From: Dehalococcoidia bacterium
GTDB lineage: Bacteria; Chloroflexota; Dehalococcoidia; Lucifugimonadales; CAUZEB01
DNA length: 50,673 nt
Direction: 5' to 3'
NCBI GenBank assembly: GCA_963578655.1
Contig: CAUZEB010000001.1
Coordinates: 1 to 50,673, forward strand
Position 1 is the first letter of the stretch; each line of letters opens with the position of its first letter. Positions 19,634 to 28,137 of the stretch are shown one piece after another. The notes beneath the pieces are model-generated. The model ran no database searches, had not been told where the DNA came from, and was given only the letters and a program-made list of their open reading frames with translations. The position numbers and the translations under genes are program-made.

Positions 19634-20233
19634 CTACACATAAAGTTTTTTGCTAAATATATAATGCTCAACCGATTCTGGTACAAGAGTACTAATTGGT
19701 AACCCTTGTGAGAGCCGTGTCCTTATCTCCGTACCACTAATGTCAACAAGAGGGGAATCCAACTGTACAAGGGCTCCCGAAGCGCCCATCCTTATTCGTT
19801 CCAGGACCTTTGAGTTAAAATCAGGGAACCCCGGCCGGGACACCGTCACCAAGGTACACAGTTCGAGTACGCGTTGTGGTTTATGCCATCTTCCCAAGTC
19901 CATGATTGAGTCCATCCCGGTGATAAGGTATAGTGCCGTTCCCGGTTCTACAGCAGCATGTATTTCTGATAGTGTATCGGCCATATAGGAAGGCCCCTCT
20001 CTCCTTATTTCCATATCCGATATACTAAAATGAGATCTATAATTAACTACTAATTTAACCATAGCCATTCTATGGCATGCTTGGCTTATATTTTGTTCGG
20101 ACTTGAGCCAGGGAACACCGGCAGGAATAAAAATTATTTCATCTAATTCGAGAGTCTCCCTGGCTGTTTCTGCAAGGACGATATGTCCGTTATGAATGGG
20201 ATCGAACGTGCCACCAAAAACCCCTATCTTCAT
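19634..20233 (-). CDS. nadD: Nicotinate-nucleotide adenylyltransferase
   Basis: 'GVFGGTFDPIHNGH', 'ISGTEIR', 199 aa. Lies immediately downstream of obg (1-nt gap). Confidence 0.9.
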   Translation of the reverse strand: MKIGVFGGTFDPIHNGHIVLAETARETLELDEIIFIPAGVPWLKSEQNISQACHRMAMVKLVVNYRSHFSISDMEIRREGPSYMADTLSEIHAAVEPGTALYLITGMDSIMDLGRWHKPQRVLELCTLVTVSRPGFPDFNSKVLERIRMGASGALVQLDSPLVDISGTEIRTRLSQGLPISTLVPESVEHYIFSKKLYV

Positions 20234-20234
20234 T

Positions 20235-21509
20235 TTATTCCCATTCCCACTCTAACTTTCCTATTCTAACGATATCACCGGAAGATATTCCCGCTTCTTC
20301 TAAAGCCTTTACTATACCTATGTGACGCAAATAGCCATAAAATTGGATCCTAGCATTCCAGTCTGTATCATCAATCATAGAAGCTATTCTGGAAGCTCTT
20401 CTAGAAGTGACAATGAAGTCATCTCCATCCTTTATTATTTGCTCTCTATTAGCACTTGGAGCTGGTTTTATCACAGGTACTTGAACTCGTTCTTGACTCT
20501 GTTCGCATAATCTTGCCTCTTTTGATAGTTCTCCAAGAGCACTAAAAGCTCTGCCTATTAGCGCTCCCACACCTTCTGTGGTCGCTGCCGATATAAACAG
20601 AGGATTAATCCCATTTGAAGAGAACGCCGATAATAATTCATTACGTTTACATTTTACTTCAGGTATGTCTATTTTATTTATAACTACAACCTGAGGTTTA
20701 TCTTGTAAGTCTTTGCTAAATAGCTTTAATTCATTATTGATTCGAAGATAGACACTCATAGGATCTTCCGATGACCCATCAATCAAATGAATCAGTACTC
20801 TTGTGCGCTCAATGTGACGTAGAAAATCGTGGCCAAGTCCAACACCTTTATGAGCATCCTCTACTAAACCAGGTATATCTACCATCACCAGCGATGCTGC
20901 GTAGCTTTCGACTACCCCAAGGATAGGCTCCAAAGTTGTGAATGGATAGTTAGCTATCTTAGGTTGCGCGGAAGTAACGACGGATAGAAGACTGGATTTA
21001 CCAGCGTTTGGTGCACCAATGATGCCGACGTCAGCTAATAACTTAAGTTCCAAGCGTAAAGATAATTTCTCTCCTTGTTCCCCTTCTTCAAAGAGGAGTG
21101 GATATTGATTTGTTGATGTGGCAAAGGAAGCATTACCTCTTCCTCCTTTTCCTCCCCTTGCAAATAAAACTTTCTCTTCCTGCGTATTCATATCGTATAG
21201 CAGTTTTGGGTCATTGGAATCTGTCCAAATTTGTGTTCCTTCAGGTATTGCTAATGAAATATCTCGGCCCTTTTTTCCTTTTTTAAGGCTTCCCTTTCCA
21301 TAACCTCCATTTCCAGCAGAAAATAGAATGTTATATTTGAAATTCAATAATGTATTTATGTTTTTTTCTACATAAAAGTAAACATTTCCGCCATCTCCAC
21401 CGTCTCCTCCATCAGGACCTCCTCTCGGCATGAACTTTTCATGCCGACCGCTTTTTGCGCCATTTCCGCCATTTCCGCTTTTTATATTAATTATTACTTT
21501 ATCAATCAT
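20235..21509 (-). CDS. obg: GTPase Obg
   Basis: Gly-rich Obg fold 'KSGNGGNGAKS...GGPDGGDGGDGG', G1 'GAPNAGKSS', G3 'DIPGL', G4 'NKID', and a C-terminal OCT-like domain. Confidence 0.95.
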   Translation of the reverse strand: MIDKVIINIKSGNGGNGAKSGRHEKFMPRGGPDGGDGGDGGNVYFYVEKNINTLLNFKYNILFSAGNGGYGKGSLKKGKKGRDISLAIPEGTQIWTDSNDPKLLYDMNTQEEKVLFARGGKGGRGNASFATSTNQYPLLFEEGEQGEKLSLRLELKLLADVGIIGAPNAGKSSLLSVVTSAQPKIANYPFTTLEPILGVVESYAASLVMVDIPGLVEDAHKGVGLGHDFLRHIERTRVLIHLIDGSSEDPMSVYLRINNELKLFSKDLQDKPQVVVINKIDIPEVKCKRNELLSAFSSNGINPLFISAATTEGVGALIGRAFSALGELSKEARLCEQSQERVQVPVIKPAPSANREQIIKDGDDFIVTSRRASRIASMIDDTDWNARIQFYGYLRHIGIVKALEEAGISSGDIVRIGKLEWEWE

Positions 21510-21619
21510 TTTCTTTTTATATAATAATATATCTTAATAAGAGTGTTAACTTATGGGATAAGTCTATTTACCCCTAGCGGGATATCTTTGGATTTTAACA
21601 CATGAAATGGATGATAAAC

Positions 21620-21628
21620 TGTGGATAC
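21620..21628 (-). promoter_or_regulatory. DnaA box, 8/9 match (GTATCCACA on the minus strand)
   Basis: Plus strand reads tgtggatac. One mismatch to TTATCCACA, at position 1. Confidence 0.4.
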
Positions 21629-21697
21629 TTTTGGGATATCTTCTAGAGAAAAGTAAATGGGTTTCCGAGAAAACAAGGAATCGGTCTAAAGCCCTAG

Positions 21698-21706
21698 TTA
21701 TCCACA
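21698..21706 (+). promoter_or_regulatory. DnaA box, perfect TTATCCACA
   Basis: Exact 9-mer, embedded in the repeat unit gccctagttatccacat. Confidence 0.65.
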
Positions 21707-21717
21707 TAGAGCCCTAG

Positions 21718-21726
21718 TTATCCACA
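21718..21726 (+). promoter_or_regulatory. DnaA box, perfect TTATCCACA
   Basis: Exact 9-mer, 20 bp from the previous box, in the second copy of the repeat unit. Confidence 0.65.
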
Positions 21727-21738
21727 TTATATGGGTAG

Positions 21739-21747
21739 TTATCCACA
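21739..21747 (+). promoter_or_regulatory. DnaA box, perfect TTATCCACA
   Basis: Exact 9-mer, 21 bp from the previous box. Shares the extended context tagttatccacata. Confidence 0.65.
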
Positions 21748-21839
21748 TAGTTATGTAAAGTCATTTGGTTTGTTTCTTAGTTTTTTGATAGCAAATTTAA
21801 GGTATATCTCGGATCTAGTCTCTGTATATTAGAAGGCAC

Positions 21840-23270
21840 TTAGGAGTTTGAAAGAACCTCTCGCAAGTTTATGATATCACGTCTTAAACCTGCATCGGCA
21901 TTAAGTTGGTTTGCTATACGATCGCATCCATGCTTGACAGTGGTGTGGTCCTTCCCGCCTAGAATTCGACCAATAGTGGAGAGTCCTAAATTGGCCTCCT
22001 TCCTAAGTAGGTACATAGTAACCTGACGGGCATGCGCTGTTCTTTTATCCCGTTTACGACCTGCAAGTGCGTCCCTTCCTATACCAAAATAGGATGAGAC
22101 AACGTCAATAACTGTTGTTTCCGATAAACGTCTTGTTCCTAAGGAATTAACAACGTCGGCAACTGCCTGCTTCACTAATTGGACAGTTACAGGCATTTGC
22201 GTGAGCTGAGCATATGCTATTACTCTATTGAGGCTACCTTCTAGTTCTCGTATGTTTTTGTGTATTCGTTCAGCGAGAAATTCAATAACCTCTACAGCAA
22301 TCTCTTGCTTCATTAACTCAGCCTTTGCGCGAAGAATCGCTAGGCGTGTTTCCAAATCAGGTGACTGGATATCAACAACTAGGCCACCTGCCAGTCTAGA
22401 CTGCACTCGCCCCTCCAGTAATGTTAGAGCGTTAACAGGGCGATCACTAGTAATAACTATTTGGCGGTTTGACATGTGTAGTGCATTGAAGGTGTGGAAA
22501 AATCCCTCCTGTGTTTGCTCTTTCCCAATTAAGAACTGTATGTCGTCTAGTAGCAAAACCTCAGCGCTCCGATATCGGATACGGAACGCTTCTGTTTGTC
22601 CCTCACGTATGGCTTTAATATATTCGTTCGTAAACTCTTCAGTTGTAGCGTAGATAAGGGTTTTCTTTTGGGATAATACCTTGTGGCCAATGGCATGTAG
22701 AAGATGTGTCTTACCGAGGCCCACGTCAGAGTATAAAACTAAAGGATTGTAGACGAAACCAGGGTTGTTGGACACAGCTTCTGCGGCGGCATGAGCCAGT
22801 TCATTTGATTTACCAACGATAAAGGTCTCGAAAGTGTACCGTGGGTTAAGGAATGTTGGTTTATCCAGTTGGGGCAGATTCAAAGATTCGTGTACGTTCG
22901 ATCTACCAGAATCTTGAGTCTTATTAGCGCTCTCTTGAATATGGTCGGGTGAAACGGAGATATGCTCATCTGTGGATGTGTTGCCAATCTGCAATACCCG
23001 GAAACGGACTTCCGTCCGAGATTTGGTCACTCTCTCCATTGCTTGTGATATTAGGGAGTACATCCTCTGCTCTAGCATTTCTGCAACAAATGCGTTTGGT
23101 GTCCCTACAATGAATTCATCTCGTTCCTTCGCGACTCCTATGGTACCCTTAAGCCAAGTTTCATAGCTAGGCCGCGTCACCTGAATTTGGAGTTCACCTA
23201 GTACAGCTTCCCATATTTGTTTTGCTTGTTGTGCATTCATATCTTTGGTATCTATTTTTTGAGTATTCAT
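21840..23270 (-). CDS. dnaA: Chromosomal replication initiator protein DnaA
   Basis: N-terminal 'WEAVLGELQ', AAA+ Walker A 'GLGKTHLLHAIG', Walker B 'LLLDDIQF', and the C-terminal DNA-binding HTH 'RKRDKRTAHARQVTMYLLRK...GGKDHTTVKHGCDRI'. Confidence 0.97.
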   Translation of the reverse strand: MNTQKIDTKDMNAQQAKQIWEAVLGELQIQVTRPSYETWLKGTIGVAKERDEFIVGTPNAFVAEMLEQRMYSLISQAMERVTKSRTEVRFRVLQIGNTSTDEHISVSPDHIQESANKTQDSGRSNVHESLNLPQLDKPTFLNPRYTFETFIVGKSNELAHAAAEAVSNNPGFVYNPLVLYSDVGLGKTHLLHAIGHKVLSQKKTLIYATTEEFTNEYIKAIREGQTEAFRIRYRSAEVLLLDDIQFLIGKEQTQEGFFHTFNALHMSNRQIVITSDRPVNALTLLEGRVQSRLAGGLVVDIQSPDLETRLAILRAKAELMKQEIAVEVIEFLAERIHKNIRELEGSLNRVIAYAQLTQMPVTVQLVKQAVADVVNSLGTRRLSETTVIDVVSSYFGIGRDALAGRKRDKRTAHARQVTMYLLRKEANLGLSTIGRILGGKDHTTVKHGCDRIANQLNADAGLRRDIINLREVLSNS

Positions 23271-23477
23271 TTAAGGTCTCTCAGCCGGGATGGGTAAACA
23301 GATTCTAGCACACATCAAGGTGGACAAAACAAGAGAGAAATATTTCAGGAATTGTTGTGGCATTAAATGGTGCAAACGGGTATTAAGAGTCGCTCACCTT
23401 TTTTGGTGGAAGGTCACTGGGTTTTCAGAATTTTTGAAATTAAAGCGTCTTGGAATCTGTTCATATACTTAGTGGAA

Positions 23478-25052
23478 CTACGTGGACCAGACACCTCTTT
23501 TTAGACTTCTTCCAACCAATACCCCAGTGTTTATCCCTTTATCTATAACAATCCGGCCGTTGACTATGACATAGTCTATTCCAATAGGATATTTTTTGGG
23601 ATCGCTTTTTGTCCCAGGGGCTTTAACCGTTTTAGGATTAAAGACTACAATATCGGCTTTATATCCATCAATCAATAGTCCCCTATCCGGTAAACCCAGT
23701 CGTTGAGCAGGGAAAGAGGTCATTTTACGTATAGCCTCAGGGAGGCGGAGGTTTTTTTCGGCTCTTACAAACTCGGCCAGAACAATGGGGAAGCAACCAT
23801 ATGTTCTCGGATTAGGATATTCTCCGAATAGGATGGCATCACTCGCAATCATTCCTGCAGGATGAGAAACGAAATCGTGAAGCGTGTGCGGGTTTGTTCC
23901 TAAGCCTACTGTCGATAATCCCAGATTCTCTTCCAAAAGTAAATCGAATAGAGTTTCAGCCATATCTTGGTTGCGGAGGGTAGATATTTCTTCTAGTGAT
24001 TTACCATCGTATATTTTATTATGTGCTAACCTGAAGTTAGTTAGCCAGTTATTTTCTAGACGTTCTTTCGGGATCTCTTTTTTCATCCTAGCCCGGTCTA
24101 ACGGATCTTTAAGAGCTGCGATCAATCGTTCTGGGCCCCCATCTTTAGACCAACCAGGCATTCCTATAGCTATGGTAGTGCCGGAGTATGGGTACGTGTA
24201 ACAGTCAAAAGTCACATCCATGCCATCATCTCTAGCCTTCTCGACTAAGCCTAAATAATCTAGGTGACTTCCCTCACCTTGTGATCCTTGGCGATAATGG
24301 GTTAAATGAACCGGAATACCACTAAGACGTCCTATGTCAATCGCTTCCTGCCAAGGAGCTAGAAGACCTTTAGATTTCAGGCTGGCTCTAGTATGTGTGT
24401 GATAGAATCCTCCCATCTTAGCTGCCACTTCTGAAAGAACGGAAAGCTCATGTGTGCTTGCATAAGCCCCTGGAGGGTAATCCAACCCCGTAGAAAGGCC
24501 CCAGGCGCCTTCCTCCATAGCCTCGCGTAACACTGCCTTCATATCAGAAAGTTCCGAATCTGTTGCTGGGCGCTGGTTCCACCCAACGCTCCAGATGCGA
24601 ATAGGAGAATTCCCAACTATATAAGCTATGTTAATAGCCACTCTATTGTCATACTTACTGAGCAATTCGGCTACCGTTAGCCAGTCGGTTGGAGTAGGTG
24701 GGTACCAGTTTAGACCCGAGTCTAACCAAATATAGCGGTCCAATTCCCTTTTTGTTTTGAAAGGGGCGTGAGAGATGCCGTCGATCCCAATTAATTCTGT
24801 CGTCACACCCTGTCGTATTTTAGGATCATGATGAGGTTCCCCTAAAATGGTCAAACCTGCGTGGGAATGTAAATCTATGAATCCAGGACAGACGACATGG
24901 TCTGAAGCGTCGATAGTTCTGGAGGATTCAATCTCTGGGAGGTTGCCGCGAATGATGGTTATTAATTCATCTTTCACTACCACATGCCCATAGTAACCGG
25001 GATTACCAGTACCATCTACAACAAAACCGTTCTTTATTAATAAATCAACCAA
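23478..25052 (-). CDS. N-acyl-D-amino-acid deacylase (D-aminoacylase) family amidohydrolase
   Basis: 'LIKNGFVVDGTGNP', the metal motif 'PGFIDLHSH', 'YHTHTR', and a C-terminal 'DIVVFNP...V..VIVNG' pattern. TTG start. Confidence 0.85.
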   Translation of the reverse strand: MVDLLIKNGFVVDGTGNPGYYGHVVVKDELITIIRGNLPEIESSRTIDASDHVVCPGFIDLHSHAGLTILGEPHHDPKIRQGVTTELIGIDGISHAPFKTKRELDRYIWLDSGLNWYPPTPTDWLTVAELLSKYDNRVAINIAYIVGNSPIRIWSVGWNQRPATDSELSDMKAVLREAMEEGAWGLSTGLDYPPGAYASTHELSVLSEVAAKMGGFYHTHTRASLKSKGLLAPWQEAIDIGRLSGIPVHLTHYRQGSQGEGSHLDYLGLVEKARDDGMDVTFDCYTYPYSGTTIAIGMPGWSKDGGPERLIAALKDPLDRARMKKEIPKERLENNWLTNFRLAHNKIYDGKSLEEISTLRNQDMAETLFDLLLEENLGLSTVGLGTNPHTLHDFVSHPAGMIASDAILFGEYPNPRTYGCFPIVLAEFVRAEKNLRLPEAIRKMTSFPAQRLGLPDRGLLIDGYKADIVVFNPKTVKAPGTKSDPKKYPIGIDYVIVNGRIVIDKGINTGVLVGRSLKRGVWST

Positions 25053-25107
25053 TAACCCTTACCTTTCTAAAAGCCAACAGTTTGGTTTCGTATCTTAACG
25101 AGTATTA

Positions 25108-25143
25108 TCCCTTGGAATCTAAAATTCGGAGAATTCCAAGGGA
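25108..25143. repeat. Perfect 11-bp inverted repeat (hairpin or operator candidate)
   Basis: tcccttggaat (25108-25118) and attccaaggga (25133-25143) are exact reverse complements with a 14-nt spacer. Located in the divergent intergenic region between the D-aminoacylase and IMPase genes. Confidence 0.8.
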
Positions 25144-25391
25144 AGCTAAACCATTTTTAGTAGTACAAAGATTATAATACAGGACTTTTATTAATTAGCA
25201 CATATAGTCATACATACCATTTAGCTTACAAGCAATTATTCCATATTCATCGTGCTAATATTGTAAAGGAATCGAGAGGAAGTCGTCGCCGTATCGTCTA
25301 ATTGAGTTAGGGTAAATACATCCACCACGATTACGGACAGTCTTTCACACATTCCGCCGCACAATAATCAAAATATAGAGAGGAAAGAATA

Positions 25392-26213
25392 TTGAATAAC
25401 TCTCCCATAAATTTTAACGGAAGAATGGCAAAGGAGGTAGCTATAACCACTGCTTTTCAAGCGGGCAATTATTTGAAAGAGCGATTTTATGCCCCGAAGA
25501 AGATTAGACGTAAGGGACCAGGCGATATTGTCACTAATGTGGATATAGAAGTGGAAGAACTGATAAGAGAGAAACTTAACTTAGTGTTCCCGCATATCGG
25601 ATTTATCGGCGAGGAGACACAGGGTGATCCAATAGATGCTGGATATGTCTGGATAGTAGATCCAGTGGACGGAACCCGGAACTATGCTGCCGGAATCCCG
25701 ACGGCATCAGTAGTAATAGGATTGGCAAAGGACGGCGAGGTCCTTGTAGGAGTGAACTACGATCCATTTCTAAATGAAATGTTTCATGCCGAGAAAGGGC
25801 GCGGTGCTTTCATGAATGACAGAAAACTTAATGTTTCTAAAAAGAAAGATCTCGGAGAAATCATTATTGCCACTGATAAGAGCCGATCGTATGAGGAAAA
25901 ATGTCACACGCTAGAATTAGTAAAATTTGCGTGCCAGCGTTCCTGTGCGATTAGAATCATGGGATCGTCAGCATTGGCTCTATCGTATGTAGCAGCAGGC
26001 CGGTATGATCTGTATTTCCACAGTGGATTGTCGCCGTGGGATCAGGTCGCGGGTATCCTTCTAGTAGAAGAGGCAGGAGGGACTGTGACTGACAGGACAG
26101 GAGGAAAGGTGCGTCTTAAGAGTAATGGTATCATCGCTGCGAATAGGCCGCTCAGCCGAGCGTTCATGAATGAGACCGAAGGAATGCAGTGGCGCTGCCC
26201 GGTCCCGGAATAA
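25392..26213 (+). CDS. Inositol monophosphatase family protein (SuhB/CysQ-like)
   Basis: 'IGEE', 'WIVDPVDGTRNY', 'WDQVAGILLVEEAGG'. TTG start. Confidence 0.85.
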   Translation: MNNSPINFNGRMAKEVAITTAFQAGNYLKERFYAPKKIRRKGPGDIVTNVDIEVEELIREKLNLVFPHIGFIGEETQGDPIDAGYVWIVDPVDGTRNYAAGIPTASVVIGLAKDGEVLVGVNYDPFLNEMFHAEKGRGAFMNDRKLNVSKKKDLGEIIIATDKSRSYEEKCHTLELVKFACQRSCAIRIMGSSALALSYVAAGRYDLYFHSGLSPWDQVAGILLVEEAGGTVTDRTGGKVRLKSNGIIAANRPLSRAFMNETEGMQWRCPVPE

Positions 26214-26229
26214 CAGTTGACACAAGCTG

Positions 26230-26424
26230 TTATCTGACTTTGTTGACACGTCTACGCATACGCCGTATACTTCTTTGTCGATCAAGACGGGTTTGTTCAC
26301 CTTTTGAACGAAAGAACCTCCGGTTCCTTAACTCTCTCATTATCCCTGAGCGTTGCATAGAGCTCTGGAACCTCTTGAGAAGACTTTCAGGATCTTCACC
26401 ATCTCGTATAATTACGAATGCCAA
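26230..26424 (-). CDS. rpsU: 30S ribosomal protein S21
   Basis: 64 aa, very basic. 'LLKRFQSSMQRSGIMRELRNRRFF..K..E..R' parallels the E. coli S21 pattern '[33 protein letters not shown]'. TTG start preceded by GGAGGGTG plus 5 nt. The overlapping plus-strand ORFs are rejected. Confidence 0.85.
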   Translation of the reverse strand: MAFVIIRDGEDPESLLKRFQSSMQRSGIMRELRNRRFFRSKGEQTRLDRQRSIRRMRRRVNKVR

Positions 26425-26570
26425 TTGGACACCCTCCGGATTCTTCCGCTAAACCTCAACATCGGCGGTATCGTAGCGGGAAATTGCATACTAACGTGTG
26501 TCGCGATTATATCACATGGGATAAGGCACAACAACTGAACTAGAGACTGCAATTAGCCGAAGTATATTTG

Positions 26571-27332
26571 TTATACCCAAGGCCAAGGGATGTTTACCGA
26601 AGGATCTAGGTTAGGGATTCTGGGATTCTCTAGAATTGCAGCTAGTCGTGATTTAAGTGCCGTGAGTTCTACCAAAGAAAGCATTTCTGAGAATTGAATC
26701 GAAAAATTGTCTCCAGATTCCAGTTGGCAAAGAAGAATCTCGAGATCATTCAATAGCAACTTCGAGATATCAAGGTCACAAAACTCGAACATAACAGTTC
26801 GTAATTTGAATAAAGGATGAAAATTTAGTCCGTGGTCGATACTCCAAATCTTATCTTTCTCGTCCACTAGGAAGTGGCCAGCCTTACGGTCTGCGTTATT
26901 GACTAACAAATCGAAAACTGCAAAGCGTTCGAGCTCTACGGCTCTTCTTTCAACAATATCAAAGTAGGTAGTTTCAGGGTCGTGCTCTATGTAAAGCTGC
27001 AAGGACCCCAGCCCGAAGGGCCCTTCTCTAATCAGCGTGAGAGGTATGGGGGGCCATCCTAAAGAGCGACTAAGTAAAAAAGAAAGATATTCCCTTTTAT
27101 ATAAGGTCCCATAAGCGAAGTCATAGAGTGGTCGTTCTCCATCTCGTGGCTTATAAATAGCACGAATGTAGTGGCTCTCATCTACTCTAAGTCCGATAAG
27201 AAAAGAATGATTAGAACCCCATGGCAACCTATGCCCTCCAACGACAGCGCCATCCTTCAAGAAAGGAAGAGCATCATTCTCAGGTAGGGAAACAGACGTC
27301 ATATTGGAGTTTTGTGACTCGTCAGAATACAA
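26571..27332 (-). CDS. SCO1664-family protein (TIGR03843-like) with a PI3/PI4-kinase-like catalytic motif
   Basis: 'LVNNADRKAGHFLV' followed by 'WSIDHGLNFH' resembles the catalytic and activation-loop motifs of PI3/4-kinase-like enzymes. The family name comes from recollection of TIGRFAMs and was not searched. Confidence 0.55.
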   Translation of the reverse strand: MYSDESQNSNMTSVSLPENDALPFLKDGAVVGGHRLPWGSNHSFLIGLRVDESHYIRAIYKPRDGERPLYDFAYGTLYKREYLSFLLSRSLGWPPIPLTLIREGPFGLGSLQLYIEHDPETTYFDIVERRAVELERFAVFDLLVNNADRKAGHFLVDEKDKIWSIDHGLNFHPLFKLRTVMFEFCDLDISKLLLNDLEILLCQLESGDNFSIQFSEMLSLVELTALKSRLAAILENPRIPNLDPSVNIPWPWV

Positions 27333-27369
27333 ATGTACCTCTCATGCCATATATAAATAAGACAAAACG

Positions 27370-27885
27370 CTAAAGTCTATCGGATGTTATATGACCATTG
27401 GTTCTAGGGCATTTGTGGCCTGAAGCATCTAAGGGGGCTCCACAGAGAGCGCAAGGTGGTCTGCCTGCGGCGACTACCCCGAGTGACTCTTCTGAGAATT
27501 CATTCATTAGAGACTTGTTAACCCATATTCTTATTGAGGGATTATCGTTGTCGTCATCGAGCTGATGCGCATCTATAATAAAAAGGCCTGTATCTTGATC
27601 ATGGCCCAAGACGAGCTTAATTACGGCAAAATCTAGTTTGGTAAACGCAGGAGCTTCTCTATCTAAAGGTCCCATACTAGACATATTATGATCGAAGTTA
27701 GGAAGACTTGCTGAAACTTGTTTGCTAGCGAGTGCCAACTGAAGAACCTGCTCTTTTTCCATCCATAGAATGGCCGAACTACTGCCACTGTCTACCAGAA
27801 GTCGGAAAGTACGACTACCCGGTTTTCCAAGCGCTTCTGGCTTTAATTTAGTTACTTGGGTAAATTCTACTTTAGCTGTGCTCAT
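27370..27885 (-). CDS. DUF3090 (TIGR03847-like) protein with a C-terminal zinc-ribbon-like motif
   Basis: 171 aa. C-terminal 'GRPPCALCGAPLDASGHKCPRTNGH'. Lies 37 nt upstream of, and co-directional with, the SCO1664-family gene. Confidence 0.55.
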   Translation of the reverse strand: MSTAKVEFTQVTKLKPEALGKPGSRTFRLLVDSGSSSAILWMEKEQVLQLALASKQVSASLPNFDHNMSSMGPLDREAPAFTKLDFAVIKLVLGHDQDTGLFIIDAHQLDDDNDNPSIRIWVNKSLMNEFSEESLGVVAAGRPPCALCGAPLDASGHKCPRTNGHITSDRL

Positions 27886-28042
27886 GATGTGTTCGAATCT
27901 TATTAGTTTACGATAGAATCTGCAAGTTTCTATTTAGTGGAGATATACGGTATGAAGTTCATGAGCCCAAAGAAATTGGACTAAACTCAATTTTATTCCA
28001 ATAGGCACATGACCAATATAAGAAACTGTTGTTGAGATTTAA

Positions 28043-28071
28043 TTGACGGGCCATAAATCAAAGGGTAGCAT
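28043..28071 (+). promoter_or_regulatory. Candidate promoter upstream of the Zn-ADH gene
   Basis: TTGACG (28043-28048), 17-nt spacer, TAGCAT (28066-28071). Pattern match only. Confidence 0.25.
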
Positions 28072-28137
28072 GACTTAACACAAAACCTTAGCATATGACA
28101 AGAGATTAAACAGTGGAATTTCCAAGGAGAGAGCCGA

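Larger units (their letters stand above)
21691..21730. repeat. Tandem 20-bp direct repeat carrying DnaA boxes
   Basis: gccctagttatccacat occurs at 21691-21707 and again at 21711-21727 (17/17 identical). A third partial copy (tagttatccacata) lies at 21736-21749. Confidence 0.9.
21510..21839. other. Candidate chromosomal replication origin (oriC), or the DnaA-box half of it
   Basis: 330-bp non-coding spacer directly 3' of dnaA. Contains three perfect TTATCCACA boxes in one orientation at 20/21-bp spacing and one inverted 8/9 box. Position 21510 plus the 30 nt at 21511-21540 ('ttctttttatataataatatatcttaataa') make a 31-nt tract with only two C, a possible unwinding element. Confidence 0.6.

Noticed and set aside
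22228-22653. 141-aa plus-strand ORF inside dnaA, and similar antisense ORFs inside uvrA, fbp, moaA, the MFS genes, thiolase and the acyl-CoA dehydrogenase.
   Set aside because: All lie fully within strongly supported genes on the opposite strand. Their composition is Ser/Arg/Cys-rich, as is typical of antisense frames.
23319-23327. DnaA-box-like TTGTCCACC (7/9, minus strand) upstream of dnaA, considered as a second origin half or autoregulatory site.
   Set aside because: It is a single degenerate match, and no cluster or AT-rich tract lies in the 207-bp dnaA upstream region.
26189-26538. Plus-strand ORFs 26189-26452 and 26353-26538.
   Set aside because: They overlap the minus-strand ORF, which is clearly ribosomal protein S21 with a good SD. 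The plus-strand translations have no protein-like features.
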